Source of the DNA: Mustelus asterias
Taxonomy: Eukaryota
Length of the DNA: 64,000 bases
Direction of reading: 5' to 3'
Assembly (NCBI RefSeq): GCF_964213995.1
Contig: NC_135805.1
Location: 68,758,001 to 68,822,000 of the forward strand
Below, one piece after another: positions 62,412 to 64,000 of this stretch (positions are counted from its first letter, which is position 1; every line of letters begins with the position of its first letter). Position numbers and translations under genes: made by a program. A model generated the notes under the pieces. The model saw only the letters and a list, made by a program, of their open reading frames with translations. It was not told the origin of the DNA and did no database searches.

Positions 62412-62720
62412 TCATAGAATCCCTATAGTGCAGAAAGAGGTCATTCGACTCATCGAGCCTGCACCGTCGATAATCCCACCCAGGCCCTATCCCTGTAATC
62501 CCACATATTTACCCTGCTAATTCCGCTGACACTAAGGCAATTGAGCATTGGCCAATCAACCTAATACGCACATATTTGGACTGTGGGAGAAAACCTGAGG
62601 ACCTGGAGGAAACCCACGGAGAGAACGTGCAAAGTCCACACGGTCACCCAAGGCCGAATTTGAACCCGGGTCCCTGGTGCTGTGAAGCATTAGTGTTAAC
62701 CACTGACACCATGCTGCACC
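62412..62720 (-). mobile_element. HE1-type V-SINE
   Basis: Head, V domain and tail. Confidence 0.82.
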
Positions 62721-62800
62721 CAAATAATTCTTGTTTGATTTGATACTTCCATATTTAAAATCTGTATATACTTTATATATTTTACTTCCTCCCCTTTCAG

Positions 62801-62903
62801 AAAGTTCATTCGGTTTACCTGACCCGGATCTGGTTTTGAAATTTGGTCCTGTGGAAAGCACGCTTGGCTTTCTGCCATGGCACATCAGACTTACTGAGAT
62901 TAT
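62801..62903 (+). CDS. NUS1: NUS1 exon 4
   Basis: Acceptor CTTTCAG|; (E)[33 protein letters not shown], the conserved NgBR C-terminal motif; donor AT|GTAAGT. Final exon not found in the window. Confidence 0.96.
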
Positions 62904-63189
62904 GTAAGTGTCTTTGGGACTCCAATTTTAATTAAAAGTTTAAGATTGTGTACTAGTTTAAGTACTTTGCAGTAAATCGATCTTCCAACTAAAAGATAAT
63001 TACTGTTTAATGGTGAGAATGCTTTGATGGAGGATATTGTTGTATATTTTAGCGAAGTATCAGTTTGTTTTGAAACTGTTGTCAACAGGCACTTTAACAT
63101 ACTGGAACTTCATTGCCTAATACAATGGACTGATAGAATAGGAACCTGCAGATCCCCAAAAAGTGCTCTTGTCCATCTTGCAGATAGCG

Positions 63190-63560
63190 ATTATGGGACA
63201 GGGATGTGCTGTTGAAGGAAGCTTGGTGAGTTACTGCACTGCATCTTGCAGGTAGTGCATACTCCATCCCCAGTACACCGATGATGAAGGGAGTGGATAT
63301 TGAGCCCAAGTGGCAGGGGCAACAATCAAGTGGACTGTGCTGTCCTGGATGGTGTTGAGCTTCTTGTGTGTTGCAGCTGCAGCCATCCAGGTGAGTGACT
63401 ATCCCCATCACGCACCTGATTTGAGTATTGCAGGCAGTGGAGCAACCTTGAAGGATCAGGAGGTGAATCACTCATTGTGAAGTACCCTGCCTCTGCTTTG
63501 TTCTTGCAATTGTGGTGTTCATATGGCTGAACCAGTTCAGTTTCTCATCAAGATGTTGAT
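63190..63560 (-). mobile_element. Old CR1/L2-group LINE 3' fragment (similar pieces at ~30700-31010, 38700-38830, 51000-51190)
   Basis: - strand AWMAAA.TT.KKLNTIQD.AVHLI-like motif; the related pieces share a GGACTGCAGCGGTTCAAG..GGC 3' sequence. Confidence 0.55.
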
Positions 63561-64000
63561 TTGATGCCATTGAGAGTCAGCAAAGAGTGATGGTTTTCTT
63601 TGGTGGAGAAGAGCATGAAGGACTTCTTCGTTAAAAGCTACTTAACCTACTCATGATCATGTTAATGGGAGAGGGAATTGCTCCAGGAGTGTTAAATTTA
63701 AGTGGTTTGTTTGTGGGGTTTTTTGTTTTGTTTTTTGTGCAACCACTAGGTGACACTGTGTAGCTGTCTGTGCAGGCATCCACTCTCTTGACTTAATTGT
63801 GGCTCAATAATTCAACACCAATGTTAATGAACCAGGTGCAGCAGTTTCTGGTAACATCTTGGGGAGCACTGACCTTGATCACAATATCACAAGGTTTAGA
63901 GAAGTTACAGAAACGGACGATGCAGAATCAAAGAAGGAAATACACAGCAGAATGAAGGCTAAGTTCAGTGATCTGTAAAGTGTTCAGGCCAAGGTGGATT

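Overview
Eukaryotic, vertebrate genomic DNA. The repeat content (HE1-type V-SINEs, abundant CR1/HER1-like LINEs, Deu-domain SINEs) points to a cartilaginous fish, most likely a shark. Three protein genes are present in the order known from the mammalian GOPC-NEPN-NUS1 block. These are GOPC coding exon 1 (- strand; no further GOPC exons recognised), a complete three-exon nephrocan (NEPN, 516 aa, + strand) and NUS1 exons 1-4 (+ strand; last exon not in the window). An intact tRNA-Cys(GCA) gene and a decayed copy of it lie between GOPC and NEPN. Most of the rest is transposon-derived: CR1, L2-like, Rex1, RTE, Gypsy, Penelope, SINEs and MITEs. The most notable observations are: (1) Penelope-derived fold-back elements with target-site duplications (TSDs) that carry minimal hammerhead ribozyme motifs with palindromic stem III, including a 426-bp-arm inverted repeat with an intact core on each strand; (2) two different MITEs inserted at the same position of that ribozyme palindrome; (3) a complete, internally deleted non-autonomous RTE element with a TSD; (4) a template-switch-like rearrangement of Gypsy, Rex1 and SINE pieces; (5) a stop/start-overlapping uORF on NUS1. 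Gene and family names come from recognition, not database searches, and old-repeat boundaries are approximate.
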